From contig NIVC01002040.1 in assembly GCA_002269645.1 (NCBI GenBank), positions 62,001 to 126,000 on the forward strand: 64,000 nucleotides of DNA, given 5' to 3'. Under the pieces are notes generated by a model. That model was not told where the DNA came from. It searched no databases and saw nothing but the letters and a program-made list of their open reading frames with translations. Below are positions 31,871 through 45,700 of this stretch, in pieces (the stretch's first letter is position 1; every line of letters begins with the position of its first letter). The DNA comes from Macrostomum lignano. Taxonomy: Eukaryota. A program made the translations under genes and the position numbers.

Positions 31871-32474
31871 AAATTATGTATCTAAAAGTTTCGCACCTGT
31901 ACCCTGTACTCGTAGTATGCTTTTGAATATGTTTTTGTTGTCGTCATTTTTTGCATATATTCTCGTATAGTTTGCGAACGTGTGTAGCAATTTTATTCCT
32001 AGTGCTTACGTCATGCATAACCAGTATTAATTTTTTATGTACGAGAAAGTAACTATCTCAAAATTGATTCTAATAAAAATTCAAACTAAGTGAAGATAGT
32101 CACAAAGTAAATTCAGTTCTACCAAAAAATCAACACTATATAATCACCAGAAACTTAGAAATACGTGTAAATTTTTATATGCATAAAATTTACGTTAAAA
32201 TTTACATGTAAAAACGAATGTTACGTATTTAGCGTTTGTACAGTAGTTACTAGTATGAGCCTAAATTTAATTTTCGCAATTTTCAATCAGCCAATATTAC
32301 ACTGATGAGTTGTATGAGCGTAAGAGCACGTGTCTGCTGCATGTTGTTGCGTATAATGGGTATTTTAGAGATGATCAAAGTCGGAGGAGGGAGTCTCAAA
32401 ATTATGAGATTTAACTATATTAATTGTCGGGATAGAATCAGCGTGGGCAGCTAAGTTTCTTAACTTGTTCTTGT

Positions 32475-32932
32475 CTAGGGTCCATTAGAATTGCCTGCAA
32501 AAGAACTGCTGCCCGTCGAGATTTCCCGCCGAGCTTGGGCCGCAATATGCGTGCAGTAAAGTCTTAATTAAATAAATAGATTTAAAGATCAAACTGCAGT
32601 TGCGATAGACAACTCATGCATATCAATTAATTCATATTGTTCTTGTAGATTTTCATTTCTATGATCCATGTAGGGGTACGTGTACAGTGTGTACATCACG
32701 GTGAGCTGCTATATAAGGTCATGCATAAGGCCATGTCGCTTTATTGTCCCCTAAATCTTTGTTTAAGATCGACCGGGACTACTTAAGTCCGGTTGGCAAA
32801 CTGGCAAAGTTCGGTCGGAAAATCTCGGCAGGCAATTTGCTCGAGGGCAAATCACTCACGGGCAAAATACACTGCGGTCAAATCTCGCGGGCGGGCAGCA
32901 GTTCATCTGCGGGGCAATTCTTGTGCTCCTAG
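32475..32932. mobile_element. Candidate MITE (non-autonomous TIR element)
   Basis: Left end ctagg..gaattgcctgcaaaagaactgctgcccgtcgagattt is an imperfect inverted repeat of right end aaatctcgcgggcgggcagcagttcatctgcggggcaattc..cctag; no convincing coding capacity. Confidence 0.55.
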
Positions 32933-33701
32933 CTGCTCTTTGTTAGGCCTACATGTATTACTAATGTAGTGCAAAATATCAAAAGAACTACGAGACCGAA
33001 TTAGATCACTATGTCAGCCAACGAGAACACAAAAATTCGAAAGATAAACATGCAGTGTATGTGTCGCCAAGAATTTTTATAGCAATGACAATGAGCACTA
33101 CTGCTACTGTACATATTTAAGTATTAGTAGCATATCAGTTTTTTAACTAGCTGCTGAACATAAAAAACGACTACTGCACGTTAAATTTATTTACAACATA
33201 AAATAATTATACATGATGAAACATTTGTTTTAGTGTGTTAACAAATTTAAACATAATTATATTTTTTTACATTATCGAGTGGTGATGAGCTCTAAATTAA
33301 CAACGCTAAAAATCTGAGATCACATGAAAAACCAGTTAAATAGTTATGCGTCTTACATATATTCAGAAATTTTAGAATTCGAATTTTATTCAGTTATTTG
33401 ATAGTTTTCAAAATCAAACCCATTTGTGACTTTCTATTGCCTTACTTTTTTTAAAGTGACAAATCAACATGTAACATTGCTTACTTAGGCCTACTCATCA
33501 CAACACAAACACCAACTATCTTCTAAACATTCTGTTTTAGCAGCCTGTTGAAGGTTTTTTCAATAGCTAAGTATAAATTTAAGCTCGCTTGAACTTTTTG
33601 AATCGTGAATTGCATTGAATTCAATTGGAATTGAATATAAAAACAGGCCTAAGCTGAAAGAACCTCGATCATAAAATTTGGCTTCTGCCATCCACAGAAA
33701 C

Positions 33702-33763
33702 ATGTGGATAATTCAGGGATTACTCCATCGACTTCCTGTAACACAAGAAACATTCAATGAGAG
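33702..33763 (+). CDS. UBR5: UBR5 exon 1; not in ORF track
   Basis: [22 protein letters not shown]|gtaaga; aligns to the UBR5 N-terminus (..VHPLPGTEDQLNDRLRE..); phase 2 fits exon 2. Confidence 0.75.
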
Positions 33764-36700
33764 GTAAGATAAATAGATAACTGCAACTTTTCTGCTTTTT
33801 GATGTAAGCACTAATTGAAAGTAAAAATACTGATTTAAATTATAATATTAGTTTGACATTGTGTATTATAATTCTATATATTATATTATTTAGTATAGGC
33901 CTCTAGTTTAGGATAATCTAAATATTTCCATTTCTGAAAATGCCCACTTTTATGGAAATTCCACTTTTGTGGAATTGAGCAAACCCTTTTGTCTCCTAGC
34001 ATTTATCATTTAAACACCCAATAAGAAAGGGACAATCCTTTCATACCCTGGAATCCCTCTGTATTTATTAATATTAATATCATATTTGTATTTAATAATA
34101 TTTTATAATAGACAATGATTATATATAACATTAGTTAGTCAACTAGTAATCTAGTGCCCCTCTGGCCTGGGGTATGAAATAAACAAAGAGCAAAAATTAT
34201 TCTTGGCAAACAATTAAAAAGCACATTTTCTTAAGAACCAATTCCTTCTTCAGTTTTATAAATCACCTTATTTGAGTAGAATTGTCATGGACAAACAAAA
34301 TTGCTATAAAGCTATTTCTTTTTTTCTAAAATTAATAGAAAGACAATAAGACAATTTTTCACAAAGATAATAGACATTCCCCCTAAATAGAAAACATCCC
34401 TAAGACAACAAGTCCCCCAGAAGGCAAGCATCCACCTAGATAACAAGTATCCTCTTATTTAGCAAGCATTTCCCAGATAGTAAGCATTCCCCCAGATAGC
34501 AAATAATCCTATAGATAGCAAGCATCCCCTAAGTAGCAAGTATTATTCAGATAGCAAGTATCCACCCAGATAGCAAGCATTCTATAGATAGCAAGAATCA
34601 CTAAATAGCAAGCATCCCTGGAAAGAAAGAATTCTATATATGTTGATACATATATAGCTAGTACCCCCTCTCCCAAATAGTAAGTACCCCTCCCTTTCAA
34701 GAGCAAGCATTCCTTGATAATAAGCACCCCCTCCAGATACAATAGCAAAGCATCTCCCAGATAGAAAGCATCCATCAGATAGCAAGTAGCTAGCACAAAT
34801 ATTTCCTTTGCTAATGCAATAATTGCTTTTTTAATTTGTGCAATAATCCATGTCTTAGCTAGTGCAATAGTCATTTTATCATTTAGTGCAATAATCCTTG
34901 CTCTATCAAGTGCAGTAATCCTTGGTTTATCAAGTGCAGTAATCCTTGGTTTATCAAGCACACTAATACTTGGTTTATCAAGTGCAGTAATCCTTAGTTT
35001 ATCAAGTGCAGTAATCCTTGGTTTATCAAGTGCAGTAATCCTTGGTTTATCAAGCACACTAATCCTTGGTTTATCAAGTGCAGTAATCCTTAGTTTATCA
35101 AGTGCAGTAATCCTTGGTTTATCAAGTGCAGTAATCCTTGGTTTATCAAGCGCAGTAATCCTTGGTTTATCAAGTGCAGTAATCCTTGGTTTATCAAGTG
35201 CAGTAATCCTTGGTTTATCAAGCACACTAATCCTTGGTTTATCAAGTGCAGTAATCCTTGGTTTATCAAGTGCAGTAATCCTTGGTTTATCAAGTGCAGT
35301 AATCCTTAGTTTATCAAGTGCAGTAATCCTTGGTTTATCAAGTGCAGTAATCCTTGGTTTATCAAGCACACTAATCCTTGGTTTATCAAGTGCAGTAATC
35401 CTTAGTTTATCAAGTGCAGTAATCCTTGGTTTATCAAGTGCAGTAATCCTTGGTTTATCAAGCGCAGTAATCCTTGGTTTATCAAGTACAGAAATCCTTG
35501 GTTTATCAAGTGCAGTAATCCTTGGTTTATCAAGCGCAGTAATCCTTGGTTTATCAAGTGCAGAAATCCTTGGTTTATCAAGTGCAGTAATCCTTAGTTT
35601 ATCAAGTGCAGTGATTCTTGGCTTATCAAATGCAGTAATCCTTGGTTTATCAAGTGCAATAATCTTTGGCTTATCAAGTGCAATAATCCCTGGTTTATCA
35701 AGTGCAGTAGTTCTTGGTTTATCAAGTGCAATAATCCTAGTTTTATCAAGTGCAGTAATCTAGGTCTTTTGAATTAGTTTTTTAATAAAAGCTTTCCATA
35801 AAAAATTACACTACTTTTACACTACTAAGATGCAATCCCCAGGTCGTTGCATTAGCAGTCTAGTCTGTTCACCTCTAGGCTAGCTCTCATCAAATTTATA
35901 AATGAATTTGTAGCACTTATAATTCAACACTCACACCAAGTCAAGTGGAGTAAAAGTCACACAAAACAGTTATGACATTATCAATTTCTTAGGCAAGTCA
36001 GTACCAGTCTATAAAAGTTAACAATATGGTTATGTAATATAAATCAAGTACTGTGCTATGCTTCCGTACTGCATTTTCAATACTGTGACGCAATTCAATT
36101 CAGTGTCAAAATTAAGCCATTACACAGACAAAAAATAAAAAAGCCTATTGTGATCTGTGATGCAATCTATTTTAGAATCAAAATTAAACCAGTCAGTTTT
36201 TTCTCTACCATTTTTACACTGTATTCCTAGTCAAAAAAGCTGCTTGACCTTTGCAAAAAAGCATGTTTTTCAAATATTTTATCCTTTTAGCATTGAGCAA
36301 CTGCAATTTCTTAGCCACAATGCATGTACCATCACAGAAAATTTTCTGATCAAACAGTGCAAATTTGAAGAAAATTGGTTGAGCTGTTTTTGCTAAAATC
36401 GATCATTAAAGTTGGTGCAATGTTTGTCTATTTGTCTGTGCGTTGCAAATGTTGCAAATGTGTTGCAAACAGAAATTTTTTGAGATATGGCTATAGGCTA
36501 TTTTAATCTTTTATTTCCACATTTTAAGATCCCTAAAAAGTAGAAAACCACTTTTCTAACCTTCTTTGGTCACTTTTCTTGCTGTATGCTAAAAAAATAC
36601 ATCAATTTTGAGTGATTGTGCCATAACTTTCTTCTATCTTGCCAGTGCATTTTCTCTTTAGTGGGGGGATGGTTGTGTTCTCAAAAGCTGTGTGTGTACA

Positions 36701-39700
36701 CTTGGACCCTGGCGCACTAGCTGACTATATAGACAATTATGCAATGATTTTGGTACTGTTAATATTTTCTGCCTTTCAATAGGCAGCTGTGTTTTTGTTG
36801 TAAAGTAAAATTCAATGCATCAGCCTGCAAGCCTCTTTAGCAGTCAGTCAACGTACACTAGATACTTAAATGCTTTAAATTAGGAAATTTCAAACATTAA
36901 TTGTTCCTCAAGTTTTAAACTTTAAGAAGAGAGACTTATATTGCTAGAAAGATCTAGCAATGCTGATTTTGGGGATATAAGTTGTTTGCTTTAAATGTAA
37001 AAAGAAATAGCATAGCATTCGAAAAACAATTTCTATACTTTTATCTTTCTGCAGATTTTACTCAGTTTTGAGAGATGTAATATATAAAGTTGGGGGAGGG
37101 TTCAACTTCTTACTTCCGTTGTATATTGGAGGGTTGATTTAGATTGCGCAATCTTTTTTTAAACTTTAACTGAGACTGATACTGACTGACTAAGAAATTG
37201 GTTATGCTATCAATTGATTCAATTAATTCAATTTTATTAGCGCCTTTCAACACACAGCTCTGTGCAGCTTTAACCCTAACCACTGAATCCTGAGAGTTGA
37301 GTTCTGTTTGACAGAAAATTTTGATTGAGTTCAGTTTCATGGAGAGGATTTTGATAGTGTTCAGTTTCACGGAGACAATTTCTGTTTTGTGGAGAGGATT
37401 TTGATAGTGTTTAGTTTAGTGGAGAGGAGTTAGAAGATGGGATTCGGCTCATGGGATTCAGCTAATGGATTTCAGCAAATGGACTTCTGGTGATGGGAGT
37501 TCTTCCCCTTTCTCCTCCATCAGAGGAGTTGGCCTTGTATGGACTAAAATCCATCATACACAGACAAACTGTTTTTAGTATATGGAATGGAATTGGCTTT
37601 TGCCAGTTTTTAAACTAACATAGAAATATATATAGCTAAATGTATATATCCCAGGGCTCTTAATTATTCTTTTGTTTAGTCTTACTTGCAGCCACCAAAG
37701 TTGTCCTAGGGTTTACTTTTGTCCTCCAATTTTCCCACTAATTGCCACCAAAGTTGTAACAGGGGATATTTCTTCTTATTAATCTTACTGGTTATTACTT
37801 GCCTTTTACTAGTAGCGCATGTACTTCTATTGGTAGCGGATGTACTTTTATTGGTAGCGTCTGTACTTCTATTGCAATTTCTGGCCTAAGCGGTCTTTTA
37901 GGTACCATTTATCCTATTCCTATACTCCTTTAAAGATATTATTCTCAGTCCTGGGCATTCCCCGGATCAGAGGGTCATAGCATACTTTGCTGGGTATTCT
38001 GCCCTGAAGGCGGGTTTCTCAGACTCTAAGCCTGGATTTCTCTACCCTGTGGTAGGAATTCTGCCTTCTAAAAGCGAGTTACTAGACTCCTAAGTCTAGG
38101 ATTTCTCATTCTTTGAGAACGGACTAAACTCCCAATCTTGGGGCAAGTCCTATGTCACTATCCACTACTCGAAATAAGTAACACAAGTGATCACAAGCCC
38201 AAGGCTGATTTAAAGCTTGGTCAATGTTCGAAAAAATGGTACAAGACCAACAAACAAGAAATGGTTAACAAGGTTATTTATTTTTGCTCCTAGCTGACTC
38301 CTATTTATAGTAAAATTTTCCTAGTAATTAAAACAAAGTATTAACACATAGAATATTCAGAATATTTTGCATACAAGAAATATTTTTAATATTTGCATAG
38401 TATAACAACAGTAGTATGTTTTTGGAAATGCAACTTTTTCTAAGAAATTGTTATAAAAAAACTAGAGGCCTATTATATACATAACAAACTAAGCAAATAT
38501 AATGATTTACTATAATGATTCACTCATCCCTTACCCCTTAGTCAGCCACCCTATTAGAGTCTAACCAAGATCTTGATCTTGATCTCAAAATTTTGAGATT
38601 TGACCTTTTTAGGTCATTTTGAAAAATTCTTAAAATTTCAAAAATGGGTTTGAAATTCAAGAACAGTTGAGCAAGATTGAATTCAATACAAAAAGTATAA
38701 AAATAATATGAAACACTAAATAAAAAACTAAGAATGCATTGTCTAATGTATAATTAGTGCTTTTTCAATTCTTTGAAACTGATTTAAATACAAGTTTTAC
38801 TAGCATTTTTAAATAGAAAATATAGATTTTACTCTTTTTGTTTATAAGTACTGTTCTCTATGTACAAGTTTGCAATTGCAATTTCTTTTTTTGAAAATGG
38901 AAAGACATCCATTTCAACTAGGATATCAGAAAATAAAATCAGTAGCTATTGACCTAAAATAGTGATCTGCCTTAAAAAACAATATAGCTAATTGTTTACT
39001 ATAAATCTATTAGCTTTTTACTAATATACTTGATATATTTGGTAATATAAAAGAAAAAAAATCTTGTTAAAATATTACCCACTACTTTTCTTTAGTTATA
39101 ATTGAGACCTTGGTTAATCAAGCTATATAGTTTATTATAAGCTTTGTAGTGACAACTTTTTCCATGTGTTATTTTTACTGTAGGCTTTTTGTCTATCTTA
39201 TTGTTAACTTGAACCACCTTGAATCATATTCCCAAAATATTGCAATAAATAAAAATATGTATATAAAAATATAATAATCTTATTATAAAACATAAGCTTA
39301 ATAATCGAGGTTTTTTATTAGAATTGCCATGCCATTTAGCAATCTGGGTCCAAAACCCCAATGCTAAATTGTAAACTAGGTTGATACAAAGCATCAATAA
39401 AAACTTTAAAATTAAAAAATTCCTATGCTTTAATGTGCTTCATATTGTTCTAACTTTTAGCTTAAGGCATTTGTTTGTTAACATAAAAATGGCAATTGAA
39501 AAAAAGCCATATATATAAAGATAAATTATAAGTAAAGTATAATTATAAGGTAAAATTATAAAAACAGCAAGCCCATTTCAAAGTAGGCACTAAGGAAAAA
39601 TACTAAGGAGTACAGTGATAGTTGTAATAATATATATTACCCACCTATACCAGTACAAACAAAAAATGCCTTAAGAAAATAAAATTGCTCTGTCTTTATA

Positions 39701-42700
39701 ACTATAGAAATGTATTTATAGTTTGAAGCTTATTGATGGATATCTATAAGCTGTTAATTTTTTTAAAATTTGAAAGTTTAAAATACAATATTTTTTAAAT
39801 AGCCATATTATTCATAATGGTAAAGCTGTAGCATAGTTTTTTCATTATTTGTCTAAATTCTAAATTTTATCAAACAAAGCCATCTCTTTCTTTCTTTGCT
39901 ATTGACATTTAAGCTTTAGCAAAAGGTTTTATGTTATTATATTGAAAGCTTCTAGTGAATTTTTGAATATTTAATGGTAATATTTTATTCAAGATTTTTT
40001 ACTTTCAATTTCAACACTTAGATTATTTTTAAATTATAAACATTCTTATAACTTACTAAGGCTTAGTTTAAAATTTCTCCAAAAATATGGCATTGTGGTA
40101 AATGTAGCATTTTATTCATTTTATTGATTCAAATTTAAATTTGCATTGAAGTTTAAACTATTTAAAATATGAATTCTCCAGTTCACTCAATCATAATTGA
40201 TAATGTTATCAATACTGTCAAGATACATTTTCTAACTTTTATTAAAACCCTCCAAATCTATTAAACAGTCTACGCGAGCTATCGGATAAAATCGCCAAGC
40301 AAGGCCTAGCAAATCCTCCGCCATTAGCTGCTTTGCTTAATTCAGCCATTGTTCAAGCCGTTGTCGGGCCCAGTCACGTGGCTTTCCTGTTCGAAGATGG
40401 TCGAGTCTGTCGAGTAGCTTTCAGTCTGGCTGCTAACGATCGAATCGATGGCACTAGTGGGGGTGGAGGAGGAGGTGGCGGCGGCGGCGGCGGTGGCAAG
40501 AAAGGCGGTAAATCTGATAGTCAGCATTCGCATCATCAACAATTGTCTTCCCAGTTGAGAGGCAGCGGCGGCGGAGGCAGCGGCAGTAACAACAAGTCGT
40601 TTTACGATATCAAACTGAACGTCTTCGGCATTAGCGGCGGCGGTGGCGCCAGCGGTGGCGGCGGAGGTTCCAGCAGTTCGTCGAGCAGCAATCGGCCGGG
40701 ACCGTCTTCGGCTGATCCTGACGGATCATCTTCGTCATCCTCGATGGCTGCAGCGGCGGCGGCCGCGGCCGCCAGAGGCCGAGTTATTCAACCGACGTTT
40801 CTGTCGGGTAGTCGAGGTCGCGGTCTGCTTAGAGATCTGCGGCGTAGCGGCGTTATTATTGGGCGATCGGTGAGCGACTGGACTGTTTCTTGTGCTTGCT
40901 AATTTTATGTATGGAAGATAAATCACGATTCATAGGGGGTATGCAGAATAAATCTGCTTGATAAAGATTTAGAACTATTAACTAAGATTATAGGTGAGAC
41001 AGCTGATGCGAGATAATCTATGATAATCTATTGGAGATTATCAGAGAATACTATGAAATTATAAAGCCAGGTTTGGTGAGATAATCAGGTAAGACTAGGT
41101 AAGATTGTCAAGTTAGACTAGGTGAGATTATTAGGTAAGACTAGTTGAGATTGTTCGGTTAAGTCTATGTGAGATTGTTAGGTTAAGACTAGGTGGGATT
41201 ATCAGGCAAGACTAGGTGAGATTGTTCGGTTGAGACTAGATGAGATTATCAGGTAAGACCAGGTGAGTTTTTTCATTCAAGGGTTAGATTATCAGGTAAG
41301 ATTATCTGGTCAGACTAGGTGAGATTATCAGGTTAGACTAGGTGAGATTGTTCGGTTAAGACTGGGTGAGATTATCAGGTTAGACTAGGTAAGATTATCT
41401 GGTCAGACTAGGTGAGATTATCAGGTTAGACTAGGTGAAATCATTTAGTAAGATTAAGTGAGATTATCTGGTTAGACTAGGTGAGATTATTAAGTAAGAT
41501 TAAGTGAGATTATCTGGTTAGACTAGGTGAGATTATCAGGTCAAGACTGGTTGAGATTATCAGGTAAGACTAGGTAATATCAGGTCAAGACTAGGTGAGA
41601 TTATCAGATAAGACTGGGTGAGATTATCAGGTCAAGACTAGGTGAGATTATCAGATAAGACTAGGTGAGATTATCAGGTCAAGACTGGGTGAGATTATCA
41701 AGTAAGACTAGGTGTAAATCTATTATTGGAATATGGATATTACATAAATTTTCACCAACCCAAACAACCAGGTGGTACCAGCGCAGGACGTGCCCGAATC
41801 TCTGGTGCAACAATGCCAAGCTGTACTACAAGGCAAATCTCGCCAATTGATTGTACGCGAACTGCAGCGCACCAATCTAGACGTTAACATGGCCGTTAAT
41901 AATTTATTATCAAAAGACGACGAAGCTGACGACGATCTAGATTGGGACGAAGATCCCGAAGATCTCATGAGCCTTCTAGATGCCGGCTTGAGCAGCGGCG
42001 AGTCCGGTCTGATGTACGAAGGCGACGCCGTCTTTCCCGACGATGTTTATTACGCCAGCCTTAGGCGCAGATTGCCGCCTGATATGACGGCGTTTCAATT
42101 GCTGCCCGAACGAGTGGCTAGAATGCAGTCATCCTCCGAGGCTGTACTGGCCGCGTGGTCTGGAGCCGAAGGAGGTCGCGGAGGCGGCGGCGGTGGCGGC
42201 AGCGGAGCTGGTACGAAACGCCGACGAATGGAGACGGTGATGCTTAATGCGGAATTTGATTCCGCTATGCAGCAGCAGCAGCAGCAGCAGAAGGCTAAGA
42301 TCACTGGTTAGTTTGCTATTTGGGTCTTCAATTTTCTTGTGGTGGATTTCGAGGTACAACAGAGTTAGAGTTGGCAATTGTAATGATTCGTATAAATTGT
42401 ATTAAAGATTGTAACAGATGTTGGATTTTAGGTTGGTAAGAGGAATGAGGTAAGATATAAGAAAATGAATGGGAGATGAGATGAGAGATGGTAAGATGGG
42501 TGTCGGAGATAGTAAGATGGGATGGGAGATGATAAGATTGGATGGGAGATAGTAAGATTGGATGGAAGATGGTAAGATTGGATGGAAAATGGTAAGATGG
42601 GATGTGGGAGATGGTAAGATGCGATGGGAGATGATAAGATTGGATGGGAGATGATAAGATTGGATGGGAGATGTTAAGATTGGATGGGAGATGGTAAGAT

Positions 42701-45700
42701 GGGATGGGAGATGATAAGATTGGATGGGAGATGTTAAGATTGGATGGGAGATGGTAAGATTTGATAGGAGATGGTAAGATTTGATAGGAGATGGCAAGAT
42801 TTGATAGGAGATGGCAAGATTGGATAGAAGATGGTAAGATGGGATGGGAGATGGTAAGATGGGATGGGAGATGATAAGATTGGATGGGAGATGATAAGAT
42901 TGGATGGGAGATGTTAAGATTGGATGGGAGATGGTACGATTTGATAGGAGATGGCAAGATTGGATAGAAGATGGTAAGATGGGATGGGAGATGGTAAGAT
43001 GGGATGGGAGATGATAAGATTGGATGGGAGATGATAAGATCGGAAGGGAGATGATAAGATGAGAGATGGGGAAGATGTAAAAGTATAATGAAACAATCTA
43101 AAAGTACTTTATTTTCTCTCGTATTATCATCACTTTCACGTCAACCCTGGAATGTCATTCACCGTTCAGGCGGCCAGTCTAGCAGTGGCTCTCCTATCCA
43201 GTTCGGCGAAGATCTTCAATACTGGGTAGATCGAGACGGTTCCGTGCACAAATTCGTTCAAATCGCGGCAATGCACACAGAATTAGTTGCCGTATCTTCT
43301 AATGGAGCTCTGCACCAATGGCGCTGGTCGGAGCCGGAACCCTACTATTGCCCGGGAGACCCGCCAGTGTTTCATCCCCGTGCTGTTGGCCTGGGCTTGG
43401 ACAAGGAGAAGATTGTTTCATTAGCCGCTCATACAACTCGCTGTTCTGTGCTCACTGACAATGGCCGGGTTGCTACATTTATGGACGAAGCTTTAGCCCC
43501 GGTTGCTAGCCGGTTGGAGCATCCGGCTCATCTGTTTCCGGATTTTCAAACCGATCGAGTTGTCTCCATTTATTGTTCGTCTCTGCTAACGGCTGCTAAA
43601 TGTGCCAGCGGCGATATCTACTGGTGGTGAGTTATGTTTGTTATGGCCACTTGCTTAGTTTTGTTATCATGCAGTTTTAAAGCTCATATGACATCATCTC
43701 TTCCTGTATGACTGACCTCGCTCTGTCTTGCTATATGACCTCATCGTCTTCCAGGACCTGTATAATCTCATTTTGTCTTCCTGTATTAATCTTTTCGTGT
43801 TCCTGTATGACCTTAATTATCGTGCTCCTGTATGACGTCACTCATCGTGCTCCTGTATGACCTCACTTACCGTGTTCCTGTATGACCTCACTCATCGTGC
43901 TCCTGTATGACCTCACTTACCGTGTTCCTGTATGACCTCACTCATCGCTTTCCTTTATGACTTCACTCATCGTGTTCCTGTATGACCTCGATTATCGTGC
44001 TCCTGTATGACCTCGATTATCGTGCTCCTGTATGACCTCACTTATCGTGCTCCTGTATGACCTCACTTATCGTGCTCCTGTATGACCTCACTCATCGTTC
44101 TCCTGTATGACCTCACTCATCGTGCTCCTGTACGACCTCACTTACCGTGTTCCTGTATGACCTCACTCATCGCTTTCCTTTATGACTTCACTCATTGTGT
44201 TTCTGTATGACCTTAATTATCGTGCTCCTGTATGACCTCACTCTGAGTCACTCATCGTGCTCCTGTATGACCTCACTTATCGTGTTCCTGTATGACCTTA
44301 CTCGTCGCCTTCTTTTATGACTTCACTCATTGTGTTCCTGTATTACCTCGCTGTCTTTCAACGAGTTCTATATGACATGACATCTTCCATGAGCTGTATG
44401 TCCTCATGCTCTTGTATGACCTCATCGTTTCATCTTATAGCCTCGTCATCCTTTCTACAGTCATGATCTTTATAAAATGACCCCATCGTGCCGTGTGACC
44501 TCAATTCACCTTGACCACATTTAATCCGTAATCACTCTGTCTCTCCACAGGGGTGTCCTGCCATTCAGCAGTCGCCGAAAAGCTATCGAGAAAGCTCGAA
44601 AGAAGACTTCCACCGGCAGATGCGGCAGTAGCAGTGGAACTAAGACAACTACTGGCTCCGGCAGCCAGCAGCAGCAGCAGCAGCAGCAACACGACACCGC
44701 CGCTAATCAAAACGACGAACGTCGCGATCTTCACCCCGGCGCTTTTGTCTGCATGAAATCGGCGCCGATATTTCACGCCGGCGCTGTCGGATTTCGTGTC
44801 GGCGAAGGTCCCAGACCGAAAATTGGCGTACTGTTGGAGGATGCTTGGTCTCTGACTGACAGCTGCAGGTGAAAAATTCATTTGTCAATGGTTTTGTAGG
44901 CATAGGCTTTGTTAGTGACATACATGCGGCAACACCCGACCGGCTGGCGAGGGCCCAGCCTAGCTCAGTCGCAAAAATGCCCACCCAAAAAAGTACTATA
45001 TTATTTTACATGTACTACTAAGATGACGAGGCATTTACCCTTATAATACAGTCATGGTTACTCCTGCCGTTTACCCAAAATTACGTTAATTTTGCTTAGC
45101 TTTCTTTCATAGGTAAGTCGCATTTATTTGGTCAAAAAGTAAGTTGCACGGCCGGTGTAAAGTCACGGTAACGTTCCAAATTTAGGATAACAAAACTAAG
45201 GTTGATGTGTCTCACAACCATACATGAGCAACCCCCTGAGACTCAAGCACGCCTCAGATAAGACTTAACGGCCCCAGAGTCGGGTTTTAAAGTCGCAGAC
45301 TTTAAACCTCTAGAAGGCTCTAGAAGGCCCCAAATTGAGTCGTCTAGAGAGTTATTTCTTTCCTATTTTACCTGCGTTACCTGCAATGACTCGAAAACGA
45401 CTCTGTAAAGCTTCTTGGCCTAGGTACCATTTACCAATTGTAACCTCGGCTTGGCTCTGCTCGTGCAATTAACGGCCTTGAGGGCCAACCCCCCAAGGCA
45501 CAGTGAAGTGTACATCCCCAACGATAAATAAAGTTAGGGTCCCTGTACACTCCTGTGTGAGTGTGTGCCTGTGCGTATGACTGCGTACGTATCCGCGCGC
45601 TTGTGCGCCTGCTCAGGGGAGTCGGCAAAACAATCAAAACCTGATCACATATTCGCAGGTTTCGAATTCGAACCGCCAAAGATATTCTCGAGGCGACTTC

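Noticed and set aside
37110-38200. Possible decayed retroelement coding sequence in UBR5 intron 1
   Set aside because: Only a short ORF with no recognisable RT, gag, integrase or endonuclease motif.
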